Of a DNA stretch of 64,000 nucleotides, positions 8,514 through 18,040 are shown piece after piece (position 1 is the first letter of the stretch; each line of letters starts with the position of its first letter). Source of the DNA: Candidatus Acidiferrales bacterium (GTDB taxonomy: Bacteria; Chloroflexota; Dormibacteria; Aeolococcales; Bog-877); assembly GCA_035533655.1 (NCBI GenBank), contig DATLTJ010000043.1, positions 1,726 through 65,725 on the forward strand, written 5' to 3'. A program made the translations under genes and the position numbers. A model generated the notes under the pieces. The model was not told the DNA's origin. It did no database searches and saw nothing but the letters and a program-made list of their open reading frames with translations.

Positions 8514-9944
8514 TTGGAGGCGAGATTGCCCGACTCAAGCCCACCGATGGCGGGCGCGCTGGTGGTCTTTGGCATCACCGGAGACCTGGCCCGGAAGATG
8601 ACCTTCCAGGCCCTCTATCGGTTGGAGGAGCGGGGTCGGCTGAACTGTCCGGTGATCGGGGTGGCCAAGGACAACTGGTCCGAGGAGGCGCTGCGGGAGC
8701 ATGCCCGGCAGGCACTGCTCGCCGGTGGGCAGAAATTCACCCAGTCCCATTTCGCCCGGTTTGCCAAGCGGCTTTCGTATCAGTCCGGGGACTTCGCGGA
8801 TCCGACGACCTACCAGCTCCTGGCCCGACGGCTGCGCGGTGTCGTGAAGCCGCTGTTCTACCTCGCGACCCCTCCATCGCTCTTCGCTCCGATCGTCGCA
8901 TCGCTGGCCCAGGCAGGGTTGACCGAGGGTGCCCTGGTGGCAGTAGAGAAACCCTTCGGCCACGATCTGGCATCGGCCAAGACCCTTAACTCGGAGCTGC
9001 GTTCTCTGCTCGCGGAGGAGCAGATACTGCGGGTCGATCACTTCCTCGGGAAGGAGCCGGTGATGGACATTCAGTTTCTGCGCTTTGCCAACGACCTCCT
9101 GGAGCCGGTGTGGAACCGCGACCACGTGGCCAGTGTGCAGATCACCCTGGCTGAAGACTTCGGCGTGGAGGACCGGGGCGCTTTCTATGACGCCGTGGGA
9201 GCCCTCCGCGACGTGGTCCAGAATCACCTGCTCCAGGTGCTCGCGCTGATTGCGATGGAACCGCCGGCCGGTTCCGACGCGGACGCCCTGCGCAACAAGA
9301 AGGCGGAGGTCTTCCGGGCGATCGCCGATGCCGATCCCGCCCACTGCGTGCGCGGTCAGTACCGGGGGTACGGCCAGGTCCCTGGGGTGGCCAAGGGGTC
9401 CCAGACCGAGACGTACATCGCCCTGCGCTTGGGTGTCGACAACTGGCGCTGGCTGGGAGTGCCCTTTTTTCTCCGGGCCGGCAAAGCGATGGCGGAGCGG
9501 GTCACCGAGGTCCGGTTGGTGTTCCGTCACCCGCCGCGACTGGCCTTTCTGGGCGGATCGGCCACTACCGAGGCCAACCAGGTGGTGCTGCGCATCGATC
9601 CTGACCCGGGGCTGCGGATCAGCCTCACCTCGCAGGGCAGTGGGCGACGGATCTCCCAGCCAGTGCATCTCGACCTTTCCTTCGCCCAGGAGCTGGGTCA
9701 GCCGCTTAGCCCCTATGAGCGCCTGCTCAACAACGCCATGCGTGGGGACCAGCGCCTCTTCACCAGGGAGGACAGTGTCGAGGAAACCTGGAGGATCGTT
9801 CAGCCGCTGCTGAACGCGCCGCCCCCGCTGCACCGGTATTCCGAGGGATCATGGGGACCGCCGCAAGCCGAGATCTTGGTCCGAGGGCATCCCGCCTGGC
9901 AGGAGCCTTGGCTGGGCTCCGCCGGTGGCACTGGGGACAGCTGA
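8514..9944 (+). CDS. zwf: Glucose-6-phosphate dehydrogenase
   Basis: VVFGITGDLARKMTFQALY NADP-binding N-terminus and RVDHFLGKEPV active-site motif. Confidence 0.9.
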   Translation: MEARLPDSSPPMAGALVVFGITGDLARKMTFQALYRLEERGRLNCPVIGVAKDNWSEEALREHARQALLAGGQKFTQSHFARFAKRLSYQSGDFADPTTYQLLARRLRGVVKPLFYLATPPSLFAPIVASLAQAGLTEGALVAVEKPFGHDLASAKTLNSELRSLLAEEQILRVDHFLGKEPVMDIQFLRFANDLLEPVWNRDHVASVQITLAEDFGVEDRGAFYDAVGALRDVVQNHLLQVLALIAMEPPAGSDADALRNKKAEVFRAIADADPAHCVRGQYRGYGQVPGVAKGSQTETYIALRLGVDNWRWLGVPFFLRAGKAMAERVTEVRLVFRHPPRLAFLGGSATTEANQVVLRIDPDPGLRISLTSQGSGRRISQPVHLDLSFAQELGQPLSPYERLLNNAMRGDQRLFTREDSVEETWRIVQPLLNAPPPLHRYSEGSWGPPQAEILVRGHPAWQEPWLGSAGGTGDS

Positions 9945-9980
9945 ATTCCCTAGACTGGATGATTGATCAAGGAGGAAGGC

Positions 9981-11021
9981 ATGGCCAGCAGTGAGCCGAT
10001 GCAGCTAGGCATGGTGGGTCTGGGCCGAATGGGAGCGAATCTGGTCCGCCGGCTGATGCGGGACGGTCATGAATGCGTCGTTTTCGACGTCAATCCGAAC
10101 CCGGTCAAGCAGCTGGAGGCGGAGGGAGCGACCGGGGCCACCTCGATGGCCGATTTCGTGGCCAAACTGACACCACCGCGAGCGGCCTGGGTGATGGTTC
10201 CCGCGGGCGGCATCACCGACTCCACCATCACGGACTTGGCCAAGCAGATGGGGAAGGGGGACATCATCGTCGATGGCGGCAATTCCTATTACCGAGACGA
10301 CATGCGGCGCGCGAAGCAGCTTGCCGAGCGCGGAATTCGGTTGGTTGACTGCGGCACCAGCGGAGGAGTCTTCGGGCTGGAGCGCGGCTACTGCCTGATG
10401 ATCGGCGGCGAGGATCAGGCCTATACCCACCTCCAGCCTATTTTTGCCACGCTCGCCCCCGGGGTGGACTCGTCGCCCCGGACGCCCGGACGCAAGGGGA
10501 CCCCGGGCCCAGCTGAGCAGGGCTATTTGCACTGCGGACCCAACGGAGCGGGCCACTTCGTGAAAATGGTCCACAACGGGATCGAGTACGGAATGATGGC
10601 CGCTCTAGCCGAGGGGCTGAACATCCTTCACAACGCCGATGCCGGTGCCCACCGGCAGGAGGCCGACGCCGAGACCGCACCGATGGAAGAGCCGGAGTTC
10701 TACCAGTTTGATATCGACACCGCCGCGGTGGCCGAGCTCTGGCGCCGCGGCAGCGTGGTCGAATCCTGGCTGCTCGACCTCACCGCGATCGCGCTGCAGG
10801 AGACACCCGATCTGTCAGGTTTCAAGGGTCGGGTGTCCGATTCCGGCGAGGGTCGCTGGACCTCGATCGCGGCCATCGACGAGGGCGTCCCGGCGCCCGT
10901 GCTGACTGCCGCCCTCTACTCCCGATTCTCCTCACGGGGGCTCGACGAGTTTGCCAACCAGGCGCTCTCAGCAATGCGCAAGCAGTTCGGCGGCCACGAT
11001 GAGAAGGCCGCCTCCAAATGA
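9981..11021 (+). CDS. gnd: 6-phosphogluconate dehydrogenase, decarboxylating (short YqeC/Gnd-like form)
   Basis: [16 protein letters not shown] Rossmann motif and [23 protein letters not shown] precedes the ATG at 9981. Confidence 0.85.
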   Translation: MASSEPMQLGMVGLGRMGANLVRRLMRDGHECVVFDVNPNPVKQLEAEGATGATSMADFVAKLTPPRAAWVMVPAGGITDSTITDLAKQMGKGDIIVDGGNSYYRDDMRRAKQLAERGIRLVDCGTSGGVFGLERGYCLMIGGEDQAYTHLQPIFATLAPGVDSSPRTPGRKGTPGPAEQGYLHCGPNGAGHFVKMVHNGIEYGMMAALAEGLNILHNADAGAHRQEADAETAPMEEPEFYQFDIDTAAVAELWRRGSVVESWLLDLTAIALQETPDLSGFKGRVSDSGEGRWTSIAAIDEGVPAPVLTAALYSRFSSRGLDEFANQALSAMRKQFGGHDEKAASK

Positions 11022-11058
11022 GGGATAGGCGCCTCCCCGCCCTGGGGAGTCGGTCCGA

Positions 11059-11733
11059 TTGACGACGCCGGTGGCGGTGCTCTTCGACATCGACGAGACC
11101 CTGGTTCACACCGGCGGTGCAGGGGCTCGGAGCTGGGCCTACGCCTTCGACAAGCTCTATGGCGTGGAGGCGGACATCGGCAAGCACACCTCGGCGGGGG
11201 AAACCGACCCCGAGGTCGGCCGGGAGACCTTCGAGGCGGTGCTCGGGCGCAAGCCCAGCCCCACCGAGATGGTTGCCGTCTATGCCCAGTACCTGCTCCA
11301 CTTGACCAAAGACATCTGGCAGTCGAAGGAGTACCGCGTCTTCGATGGGGTGGAGGAGACCTTGACCCGTCTGAGTGGGGCGGGGGTGATCCTCGGCGTC
11401 GTCTCCGGAGCCATGGAGGGCGCCGCCCGGACCAAGATGATGCCCGGCAATCTCAACCGGTTCTTCATCTTCGGGGCCTACGGCTCCGACTCGGCCGACC
11501 GGGCTGAGCTTACCCGGCTGGCCATCGCCAAGGCCGGCCGGCTGCACGGGCGGGACCTGGACCGAGAGGAGGTGCTGGTGGTGGGGGACACCCCGCGGGA
11601 CATCGAGGCGACCAAGCAGGCGGGCGGCACCTCGGTCGGAGTCGCCACCGGCCACTACAGCGAGGAGCAGTTGAAGGAAGCGGGCGGGGTATTTGTGCTG
11701 AAGTCGCTGCAGGAGCCATTTCCAGGCGTCTGA
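11059..11733 (+). CDS. HAD superfamily hydrolase (phosphoglycolate phosphatase-like)
   Basis: VLFDIDETLV motif I and VVGDTPRDIEA motif IV. Confidence 0.75.
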   Translation: MTTPVAVLFDIDETLVHTGGAGARSWAYAFDKLYGVEADIGKHTSAGETDPEVGRETFEAVLGRKPSPTEMVAVYAQYLLHLTKDIWQSKEYRVFDGVEETLTRLSGAGVILGVVSGAMEGAARTKMMPGNLNRFFIFGAYGSDSADRAELTRLAIAKAGRLHGRDLDREEVLVVGDTPRDIEATKQAGGTSVGVATGHYSEEQLKEAGGVFVLKSLQEPFPGV

Positions 11734-11788
11734 CTAGCGGTCCGCCGGGTAGCTGATCCTGTGGTGCTTGACTCTGGAATAGCGACAA

Positions 11789-12088
11789 GTGATAGGTGTC
11801 GGTATGTCCGCATACGCCCGGCGGCGGCCTGCTGGTGCGACTCAATCTCTCGTGAACCTGAACGAGGCGCTGGCGGTCTGGTATCGGAGGAACGAAGAGG
11901 CCACCGCTGAACTCGCGGCTCAGATCGGAGCCTGCCGTCGAGCGGGAGCAACCTGGGGCGAGGTCGGAGCTCGGCTGGGGATGACCAAGCAGGGCGCGCG
12001 ACAACACTGGAGCAGGTATCTGGGCACGGACCTGACCGAACCCGGGACTGGTTCCGACCCGACTGGCGGAAGTCGAGCAGTTCGGTGA
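11789..12088 (+). CDS. Hypothetical small protein with a putative C-terminal helix-turn-helix
   Basis: GATWGEVGARLGMTKQGARQHWSRY resembles a sigma-r4/HTH segment. The stop overlaps the next ORF's start (GTGA). Confidence 0.3.
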   Translation: MIGVGMSAYARRRPAGATQSLVNLNEALAVWYRRNEEATAELAAQIGACRRAGATWGEVGARLGMTKQGARQHWSRYLGTDLTEPGTGSDPTGGSRAVR

Positions 12089-12459
12089 GCTCTCCGGTGG
12101 CCGTCCCGCTGGATCGGGACCGGCCCTTCGTGCTCCGATGGAGCGCCCAGACCGCATCGCTGACCGGGAGCGGAATCACCGCAGCGATCCCGCCGGTCCT
12201 CGTCTACGACCGGAGCGGATCAGTGGACTGGACCGATCTGCTGACGGCGCTGGAGGTTCTGCCCGATGTGGCTTTCGGCGCGGTGGCGGTCGCGGTCGCC
12301 GACCGAGCTGACCGCCAAGGATCATGGTCGGCTGCGATGTGGGAGCGTCGGTTCTGCGGGCAGCATTCCGTCCGAAAACGCTCTATTCGGTTCGGGCACT
12401 GGGCTGCACCGGCAACGCGATCGAGCGCGGATTCCTACAGCGCCGCCGCTTGGAGCTAG
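12085..12459 (+). CDS. Hypothetical protein; possibly the N-terminal part of an interrupted gene
   Basis: ORF only, no family recognised. Same frame as 12496..12789, separated by a TAG stop at 12457-12459 with no further stop codon. Confidence 0.25.
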   Translation: MSSPVAVPLDRDRPFVLRWSAQTASLTGSGITAAIPPVLVYDRSGSVDWTDLLTALEVLPDVAFGAVAVAVADRADRQGSWSAAMWERRFCGQHSVRKRSIRFGHWAAPATRSSADSYSAAAWS

Positions 12460-12495
12460 CTCCGCCTTGAAACTGGTCGGCACTCGGCTGGTCGG

Positions 12496-12789
12496 GTGGG
12501 GTTGTATCCGGTTCTGGCCAAGGCCAAGGTTCGCTTCACCAACCGCGAAATGGATGACACGGTTTGCCACGGTGTCGATCGGCGCCGCTGCCTGTTTAAC
12601 CGGTGCCTGCTCACCGGATCACTGTTCCACGAGGCCAAGGCGGACCGGGTTGATCTCAGCGGCTCGGCCATCGCCGCCATCCAGCGCATAGGGGGGCTGC
12701 CCGGAGTTGTCATAGATCAAGTGCAGCTGCTCGATCTGGCCGAGGCACTGGCGTCAAGCGCTGGCCTGGAGGTGCCCCAGTCGAGCTAG
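12496..12789 (+). CDS. Hypothetical protein with weak pentapeptide-repeat-like periodicity
   Basis: LFNRC/LLTGS/LFHEA/KADRV/DLSGS five-residue periodicity. Confidence 0.3.
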   Translation: MGLYPVLAKAKVRFTNREMDDTVCHGVDRRRCLFNRCLLTGSLFHEAKADRVDLSGSAIAAIQRIGGLPGVVIDQVQLLDLAEALASSAGLEVPQSS

Positions 12790-12856
12790 CGGTTGGCTCA
12801 CCTGCCCGTGACGCTGCTGGCGGCACGGGCAGGTCCAGGACCTCGGTTCAATTCGG

Positions 12857-13777
12857 TTAGGAAGGTCGGTTTGAGGCGGGAGTGGGGGCTTCGGCCTGGA
12901 CCAATTGGCCCAGCCGGCCCAGCGTTTGCTCCGCGCCTTCCCGAGCGTGGAACTTTCCGGCGGTCAGGTCGCGCTCTTGGGTACTCCCAAAGACGAGGCG
13001 CATGGAGAGAACCGTCACGCCCATCATTTCATCGAACGTGACGGTCGTCTGGAAGCGCGGCGCCAAGTGGGTATATACCAGCCGCTCGGGTGGGTTGATC
13101 ACGTCATAAATGATCGTGTTCGGATAGTCGACGCCATCGGGACCGTGCATGGTGAAGCGCCACGCCCCGCCCGGCCGCACCTCCATCTCTTCGATCGTGA
13201 TGGAGAATCCGTCAGGCCCCCACCACTTGTCCACATGCTCCCGGCTCGTCCACATTTCGAAGACCCGTGCCGGGAGCGCCGGGAACATGCGCGAAATCAC
13301 CAGTTGGCGGTCAACGGTGGCGGTGAGTACGTCATCGAGGCACTGCAGGCTTTGGTTCCACCCCGCCTGCATGCCGCCCAGGTGGGGGATGGCTTCGGGC
13401 ACCAGCGCGGTCGCCTCGGCGCGCAGCGTGAGCTTGGTTCCCCCGTCCTGATCGGCAAAGGTCACCGTGTGCTTCGCCGCCAGAATCGCCTGGCCGTCCG
13501 GGCCGACCGCGCTCGACTCGACCACGAGCAATTCCAGCGGCACGACCTCCCGATAGGTGGCGGTCATGGGGAGGTCCACTCCGTCGGCCCCGTGCATGAC
13601 GAGCTTTAGGGCGCCGCCCTCTCGGGGGTCTGACTCCGCCGCGGTGACGGTGTAGCCGTCCGGACCCCACCACTGAGCCAGCCGGCCAGCCTCAGTCCAG
13701 GCCCGGAAGACCAGCTCTCGGGGGGCAGCGAAGGTGCGGGAGAGCGTGATCTCTCTGCGGTTGGCGGGGTCACTCAT
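12857..13777 (-). CDS. SRPBCC superfamily protein with two tandem Aha1/AHSA1-like domains
   Basis: Two copies of the pattern ISR.F.A.RE.VF..WT....L..WWGPDG.. Confidence 0.8.
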   Translation of the reverse strand: MSDPANRREITLSRTFAAPRELVFRAWTEAGRLAQWWGPDGYTVTAAESDPREGGALKLVMHGADGVDLPMTATYREVVPLELLVVESSAVGPDGQAILAAKHTVTFADQDGGTKLTLRAEATALVPEAIPHLGGMQAGWNQSLQCLDDVLTATVDRQLVISRMFPALPARVFEMWTSREHVDKWWGPDGFSITIEEMEVRPGGAWRFTMHGPDGVDYPNTIIYDVINPPERLVYTHLAPRFQTTVTFDEMMGVTVLSMRLVFGSTQERDLTAGKFHAREGAEQTLGRLGQLVQAEAPTPASNRPS

Positions 13778-14120
13778 GGGCGGGTTCCTCCTCTTGGATC
13801 TGGCGCAGGTACTCGTCTAGGCGGGCGAGTCGCTGGTCCCAAAATTGCCGGTATTCGTCGAGCCACTCAGCGACCTGTTTGAGTGGCACCGCGCGCAAGG
13901 TGCGGGGTCGCCACTGGGCATCACGGCCTCGCTCCACCAGTCCGGCCAGCTCCAGCACTTTCAGATGCTTGGAGATCGCCGGCTGGCTCATGGCGAACGG
14001 TTCGCCGAGCTCGGTCACCGAAGCCTGACCCCGGGTCAGGCGGGACAGGATGGCCCGGCGGGCTGGGTGGGCAAGAGCGGAGAACGTACGGTCCAGCTGC
14101 ATGGAGGCGGCGGTAGACAT
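13770..14120 (-). CDS. ArsR/SmtB family transcriptional regulator
   Basis: FSALAHPARRAILSRL..GQASVTELGEPFAMSQPAISKHLKVLELAGLV. Overlaps the downstream SRPBCC gene by 8 nt, a common pairing. Confidence 0.85.
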   Translation of the reverse strand: MSTAASMQLDRTFSALAHPARRAILSRLTRGQASVTELGEPFAMSQPAISKHLKVLELAGLVERGRDAQWRPRTLRAVPLKQVAEWLDEYRQFWDQRLARLDEYLRQIQEEEPAHE

Positions 14121-14256
14121 AACCAGCAGGTTACATAACCCATAGGGAATATGCAAGTAGGGAGCCGCTTAGCTTGCTCGTCTGGAGGCGCCGCGGGAAG
14201 CACCTCAACGCGGGGGTCTGAGCCACTCACCGGCTCTCGCCGCCGGGCGGCGCGGC

Positions 14257-14897
14257 GTCAGGCGAGAGCGCGAATCCGCGTCAACCCGCCAGCGGTCCGA
14301 TCACCCCGGGGCGCGTCCCAGACTGGCCCAGAGCTCCCCCGCACCGCGCCATCCGCGTAGAAGATGGGGAAGCGCCTAAACGACGTAGCGAACCAGCGAT
14401 CGTGGGTGACGGTCACCACCGTGCCCTGGAAACCCGCCAGCCCCTCCTCCCGAGCCTGGGGAGGATCGGAGATGGACGGACTAGCTGGCGGTGCCGGTGA
14501 GCGCTGTCTCAGACGCCATCAGCTCACCGGTCGCCTCTTTCACCACGGCGGACGCCACTCAGCTGAGCAGATGTCGAACGGTCGGGATCTCTCGGGGCCA
14601 GGCGATGAACTGGTGCAGCACGGCGAGTTCGCCGCTGCGACTGACGTTGCCGGCGGTCGGTGCCAACTCACCGGCGAGCAGTCGCAGGAGGGTGGTCTTG
14701 CCCGCGCCATTGGGACCGATCAGCGCGCTCGTGATTCCTGCCGGGAGCCGGACGAGACGTCGGCGAGCAGGGGCCGGCCATCCGGCGACGTGTCCTGCCG
14801 GTGCGCCGCGTCGAGATGGGCCATTCGAAACTTCCGAATCCTTGAGGCCGGCAGACGGTCCGGTCAATACCGTTTCGGGCCAATGCCGCCGCGTCAA
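14257..14897 (-). pseudogene. Degraded remnant of an ABC-F type ATPase (second ABC domain only, frame-broken and internally deleted)
   Basis: Walker A LIGPNGAGKTTLLRLLAGEL lies in one frame (ORF 14559..14897). The H-loop/C-terminus EEGLAGFQGTVVTVTHDRWF lies in another frame and ends at 14257. The spacing between them is too short and there is no first ABC domain. Confidence 0.55.
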
Positions 14898-14924
14898 GTT
14901 TCAAGTGGCAACTCTGAAGGACGG

Positions 14925-14997
14925 AGCGGGAGACGAGACTCGAACTCGCGACATCCAGCTTGGAAGGCTAGCGCTCTACCAACTGAGCTACTCCCGC
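14925..14997 (-). tRNA. tRNA-Gly (anticodon UCC)
   Basis: Reverse complement GCGGGAGTAGCTCAGTTGGTAGAGCGCTAGCCTTCCAAGCTGGATGTCGCGAGTTCGAGTCTCGTCTCCCGCT folds as a cloverleaf. Anticodon loop CTTCCAA. CCA is not encoded. Confidence 0.9.
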
Positions 14998-15105
14998 TCG
15001 GACAGGCAAGTAAGGATAGCTCGCGCGATTCCCCGGGCAGTTTGAGCCGACCATCTGACACCGGCCTAAGGGCCTTGAAGTGGGTCGTTGTTAGACTGAC
15101 TGCGG

Positions 15106-15465
15106 ATGCTCTTCGACTACCTACCCCTGCTCGTCTTCTTGGTGATGGTGGTCCTCTTCGGGGGAGGCATGACGCTTGGTATCGCCCTCCTTGGTCCTAA
15201 GCGTCCCACCAAGGCCAAGGGCCTTCCTTATGAGTGCGGGATCATCCCCGCGGAAACGGCCCGTCGCCGTTTCTCGGTCAGCTTCTATTTGACCGCCATG
15301 CTCTTCATCGTCTTCGACGTGGAGGCGGTCTTCCTCTACCCCTGGGCCGTTCTGGTCAAGCACACTCTGCGCCTGTTCGGGGTTATAGAGATGGTGATCT
15401 TCGTGGCCTTGCTCGGCGTGGCCCTGCTCTACGTCTGGCGCAAGGGAGCGCTGGAGTGGGACTGA
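15106..15465 (+). CDS. nuoA: NADH-quinone oxidoreductase subunit A
   Basis: 119 aa, 3 [10 protein letters not shown] motif. First gene of the nuo cluster. Confidence 0.9.
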   Translation: MLFDYLPLLVFLVMVVLFGGGMTLGIALLGPKRPTKAKGLPYECGIIPAETARRRFSVSFYLTAMLFIVFDVEAVFLYPWAVLVKHTLRLFGVIEMVIFVALLGVALLYVWRKGALEWD

Positions 15466-15548
15466 GAGCCGCCGAGGGCGGGCTGGTACTCCCCGGATCC
15501 CTCCAGGCGGCCCGGGTCGGCACTGCGGGCGCACCGGCCATTCCCGGA

Positions 15549-16049
15549 GTGATCCCCTCCGAGCAGGATCTGGCCGATGCCGCTGCCCAAGTCGGGGTGT
15601 TCACCACGACGGTGGGAAAGGTGATCGCCTGGGGGCGGTACTCATCGCTCTGGCCAGCCCTCTTCGGACTGGCCTGCTGTGCCATCGAGATGATGGGCGC
15701 CGGCAATGCTCGCTTTGACCTCTCTCGGTTCGGCGCCGAGGTGTTCCGCGCCTCCCCGCGGCAGGCCGACGTGATGATCGTGGCCGGGCGGGTCTCCCAG
15801 AAGATGGGGCCGGTCTTGCGCCAGATCTACGATCAGATGCCCGACCCCAAGTGGGTGATCTCGATGGGGGCATGCGCCTCCTGCGGGGGTATCTTCAACA
15901 ATTACGCGATCATTCAAGGGGTCGACAAGGTGGTTCCGGTCGATGTCTACATTCCCGGGTGCCCGCCCCGCCCTGAAGGCCTCCTGGATGCGGTGATCAA
16001 ACTGCAGAAAAAGATCGCCGCCACCCCGGTGATCAGCGTCCGGGGATAG
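15549..16049 (+). CDS. nuoB: NADH-quinone oxidoreductase subunit B
   Basis: [25 protein letters not shown] and IPGCPPRPE cluster N2 motifs. GTG start inferred. Confidence 0.9.
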   Translation: MIPSEQDLADAAAQVGVFTTTVGKVIAWGRYSSLWPALFGLACCAIEMMGAGNARFDLSRFGAEVFRASPRQADVMIVAGRVSQKMGPVLRQIYDQMPDPKWVISMGACASCGGIFNNYAIIQGVDKVVPVDVYIPGCPPRPEGLLDAVIKLQKKIAATPVISVRG

Positions 16050-16164
16050 GAGCCTGTCCCCCAAGCCTGCGCCGCGGCAATCCCGGACCCCAACCGCCAC
16101 GACTGACCGGGGCGTCCGGGCAGCTCAGCTCCTGAAGAGGCTGCTGCCCGCCAGTGACCTGGAG

Positions 16165-16656
16165 GTGACCTTGGAGCGGGGACAGACCAAGGTCGAGATC
16201 CCCCCGGATCGGCTGGTGGAATCAGCATCCGCGCTGCGGTCCGACCGCAGCACCCTCTACGAGATGGCCATTTGCATGACCTGCATCGACTGGCCCGAGC
16301 GCGAGCGGCGCTTCGACGTGGTCTATCTATTGCGGTCTTTGGTCCACAACGATCTGGCCTGGCTCAGCGTGGCGGCATCGGAGTCGACCGAGCTCCCCTC
16401 GCTTTCGGGGATCTACCCCGGGATGGAGTGGCATGAGCGCGAGTGCTTCGACCTCTTCGGGATCAAATTCACAGGGCATCCCAACCTGACCAGGATCCTG
16501 CTCCCGGACGACTGGGAGGGTCACCCGCTCCGCAAGGACTATGTTTCCTTCGGCGAGCCGGTCGCCTTCACCCACAACATCGAGTGGGCCCTCTCCTCAC
16601 AGGACCGTCCCGAGTACCTGCCGGGCGCCACCCGGGGCGCAGTGGAGCGTCCCTGA
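16165..16656 (+). CDS. nuoC: NADH-quinone oxidoreductase subunit C
   Basis: [36 protein letters not shown]. Confidence 0.9.
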   Translation: MTLERGQTKVEIPPDRLVESASALRSDRSTLYEMAICMTCIDWPERERRFDVVYLLRSLVHNDLAWLSVAASESTELPSLSGIYPGMEWHERECFDLFGIKFTGHPNLTRILLPDDWEGHPLRKDYVSFGEPVAFTHNIEWALSSQDRPEYLPGATRGAVERP

Positions 16657-17942
16657 TGGCGCTCCAGCCCCCGCCCCGCGGAGATGGCACCCCGCCTGAC
16701 CTGGTCCCGCGCCAGGAAGGGATCCCGCGGTTGCGGCCCGCCGGCCAAGGGGAGTTCCTCGACAAGATCGAACCCGCTGATGAGCTCATGGAGATCAACA
16801 TGGGCCCCCAGCATCCGAGCACCCACGGAGTGCTGCGGCTGGTGCTGGGCTTGGACGGCGAGCGAGTGCGGAGCTGCCGAGCCGACATCGGCTACCTGCA
16901 CACCGGTTTCGAGAAGAGCTTCGAGTCGCACACCTACCAGCAATGCATCCCCCTGACTGACCGGATGGACTATCTCTCGCCGCCCATGAACAACCTGGGC
17001 TTCGCTCTGGCTGTCGAGGAGTTGCTAGAGCTGGAGATCCCCCTGCGAGGGCAGTACATCCGGGTGATCGTGGTCGAGCTTTCGCGGATCGCGAGTCATC
17101 TGGTGTGGCTCGGCACCCATGCCCTGGACCTCGGGGCCACCACCGTGTTCATGTACTGCTGGCGGGAGCGGGACCGCATTCTTGACATCATGGAGTGGAT
17201 CTCCGGGGTGCGGATGATGACCAGCTTCATCCGCGTGGGCGGGTTGATGGCGGACGTCCCGGAGGAGTTCGTTCCCATGGTCCGGGCCTTCACCACTGAC
17301 TTCCCACAGAAGGTCGACGAATACGAGGGACTGCTGACCTCCAACCCGATCTGGCGCCAGCGGACGATCGGCCTGGGTGTCATCAGCGCGGCTGACGCCC
17401 TGGGCTTCGGTTGCAGCGGCCCGACCCTGCGCGGCTCGGGCGTGCCTTACGACCTGAGGCGGGCCCGTCCGTATTCCAGCTACGACCACTTCGATTTTGA
17501 GGTGCCGATCGGTCTAAACGGTGATGTCTACGATCGCTACCTGATCCGGGTGAGGGAGATGCGGGAGTCCTGCCGGATCATCGACCAGGCGATCAAGGCG
17601 CTCCCCGGAGGGCCGACCAACACCTCGGACCGCAAGGTGAACCTGCCGCCGCGCTCTGAGATCGACACCTCGATGGAGTCGCTGATTCACCACTTCAAGC
17701 TGACCACCGAGGGGTTCCGGCCGCCCCGGGCCAGCCTCTATCACGCGATCGAGAGCCCGCGGGGAGAACTCGGCTTCCTGATGGTCTCGGACGGCGGCAA
17801 CCGTCCCTACCGGTGCAAGGTCCGGGCGCCATCCTTCAGCAACCTGTCGGCCCTCCACCAGATGGTCAAGGACGAGCTGGTGGCCGATGCGGTGGCGATC
17901 GTGGGCAGCATCGACATCACCCTGGGTGACGTCGACCGCTGA
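16656..17942 (+). CDS. nuoD: NADH-quinone oxidoreductase subunit D
   Basis: MEINMGPQHPSTHGVLRL near the N-terminus. The ATG overlaps the nuoC TGA (ATGA-style overlap). Confidence 0.9.
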   Translation: MALQPPPRGDGTPPDLVPRQEGIPRLRPAGQGEFLDKIEPADELMEINMGPQHPSTHGVLRLVLGLDGERVRSCRADIGYLHTGFEKSFESHTYQQCIPLTDRMDYLSPPMNNLGFALAVEELLELEIPLRGQYIRVIVVELSRIASHLVWLGTHALDLGATTVFMYCWRERDRILDIMEWISGVRMMTSFIRVGGLMADVPEEFVPMVRAFTTDFPQKVDEYEGLLTSNPIWRQRTIGLGVISAADALGFGCSGPTLRGSGVPYDLRRARPYSSYDHFDFEVPIGLNGDVYDRYLIRVREMRESCRIIDQAIKALPGGPTNTSDRKVNLPPRSEIDTSMESLIHHFKLTTEGFRPPRASLYHAIESPRGELGFLMVSDGGNRPYRCKVRAPSFSNLSALHQMVKDELVADAVAIVGSIDITLGDVDR

Positions 17943-18040
17943 TATACCCCGGTGTTAGGTCAGGCAGACTGCTGCTGACGTGGCGCACAGACCGGCGCGC
18001 CGCGATTCGGGCGAGACCGGTCGGATGGCTAGGTGGTGGC

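Noticed and set aside
14121-14160. AT-rich sequence TTACATAACCCATAGGGAATATGCAAGTA upstream of arsR as an ArsR operator
   Set aside because: Only a short CCC-ATA-GGG dyad is present and the longer arms do not pair. It may simply be the promoter region, and it would fall inside the CDS if the longer ORF start (14156) is used.
14925-14997. Integrated mobile element bounded by tRNA-Gly
   Set aside because: No integrase, recombinase or transposase ORF in the window, and no direct repeat of the tRNA 3' end that I could find by eye. It is kept only as a weak hypothesis in the findings.
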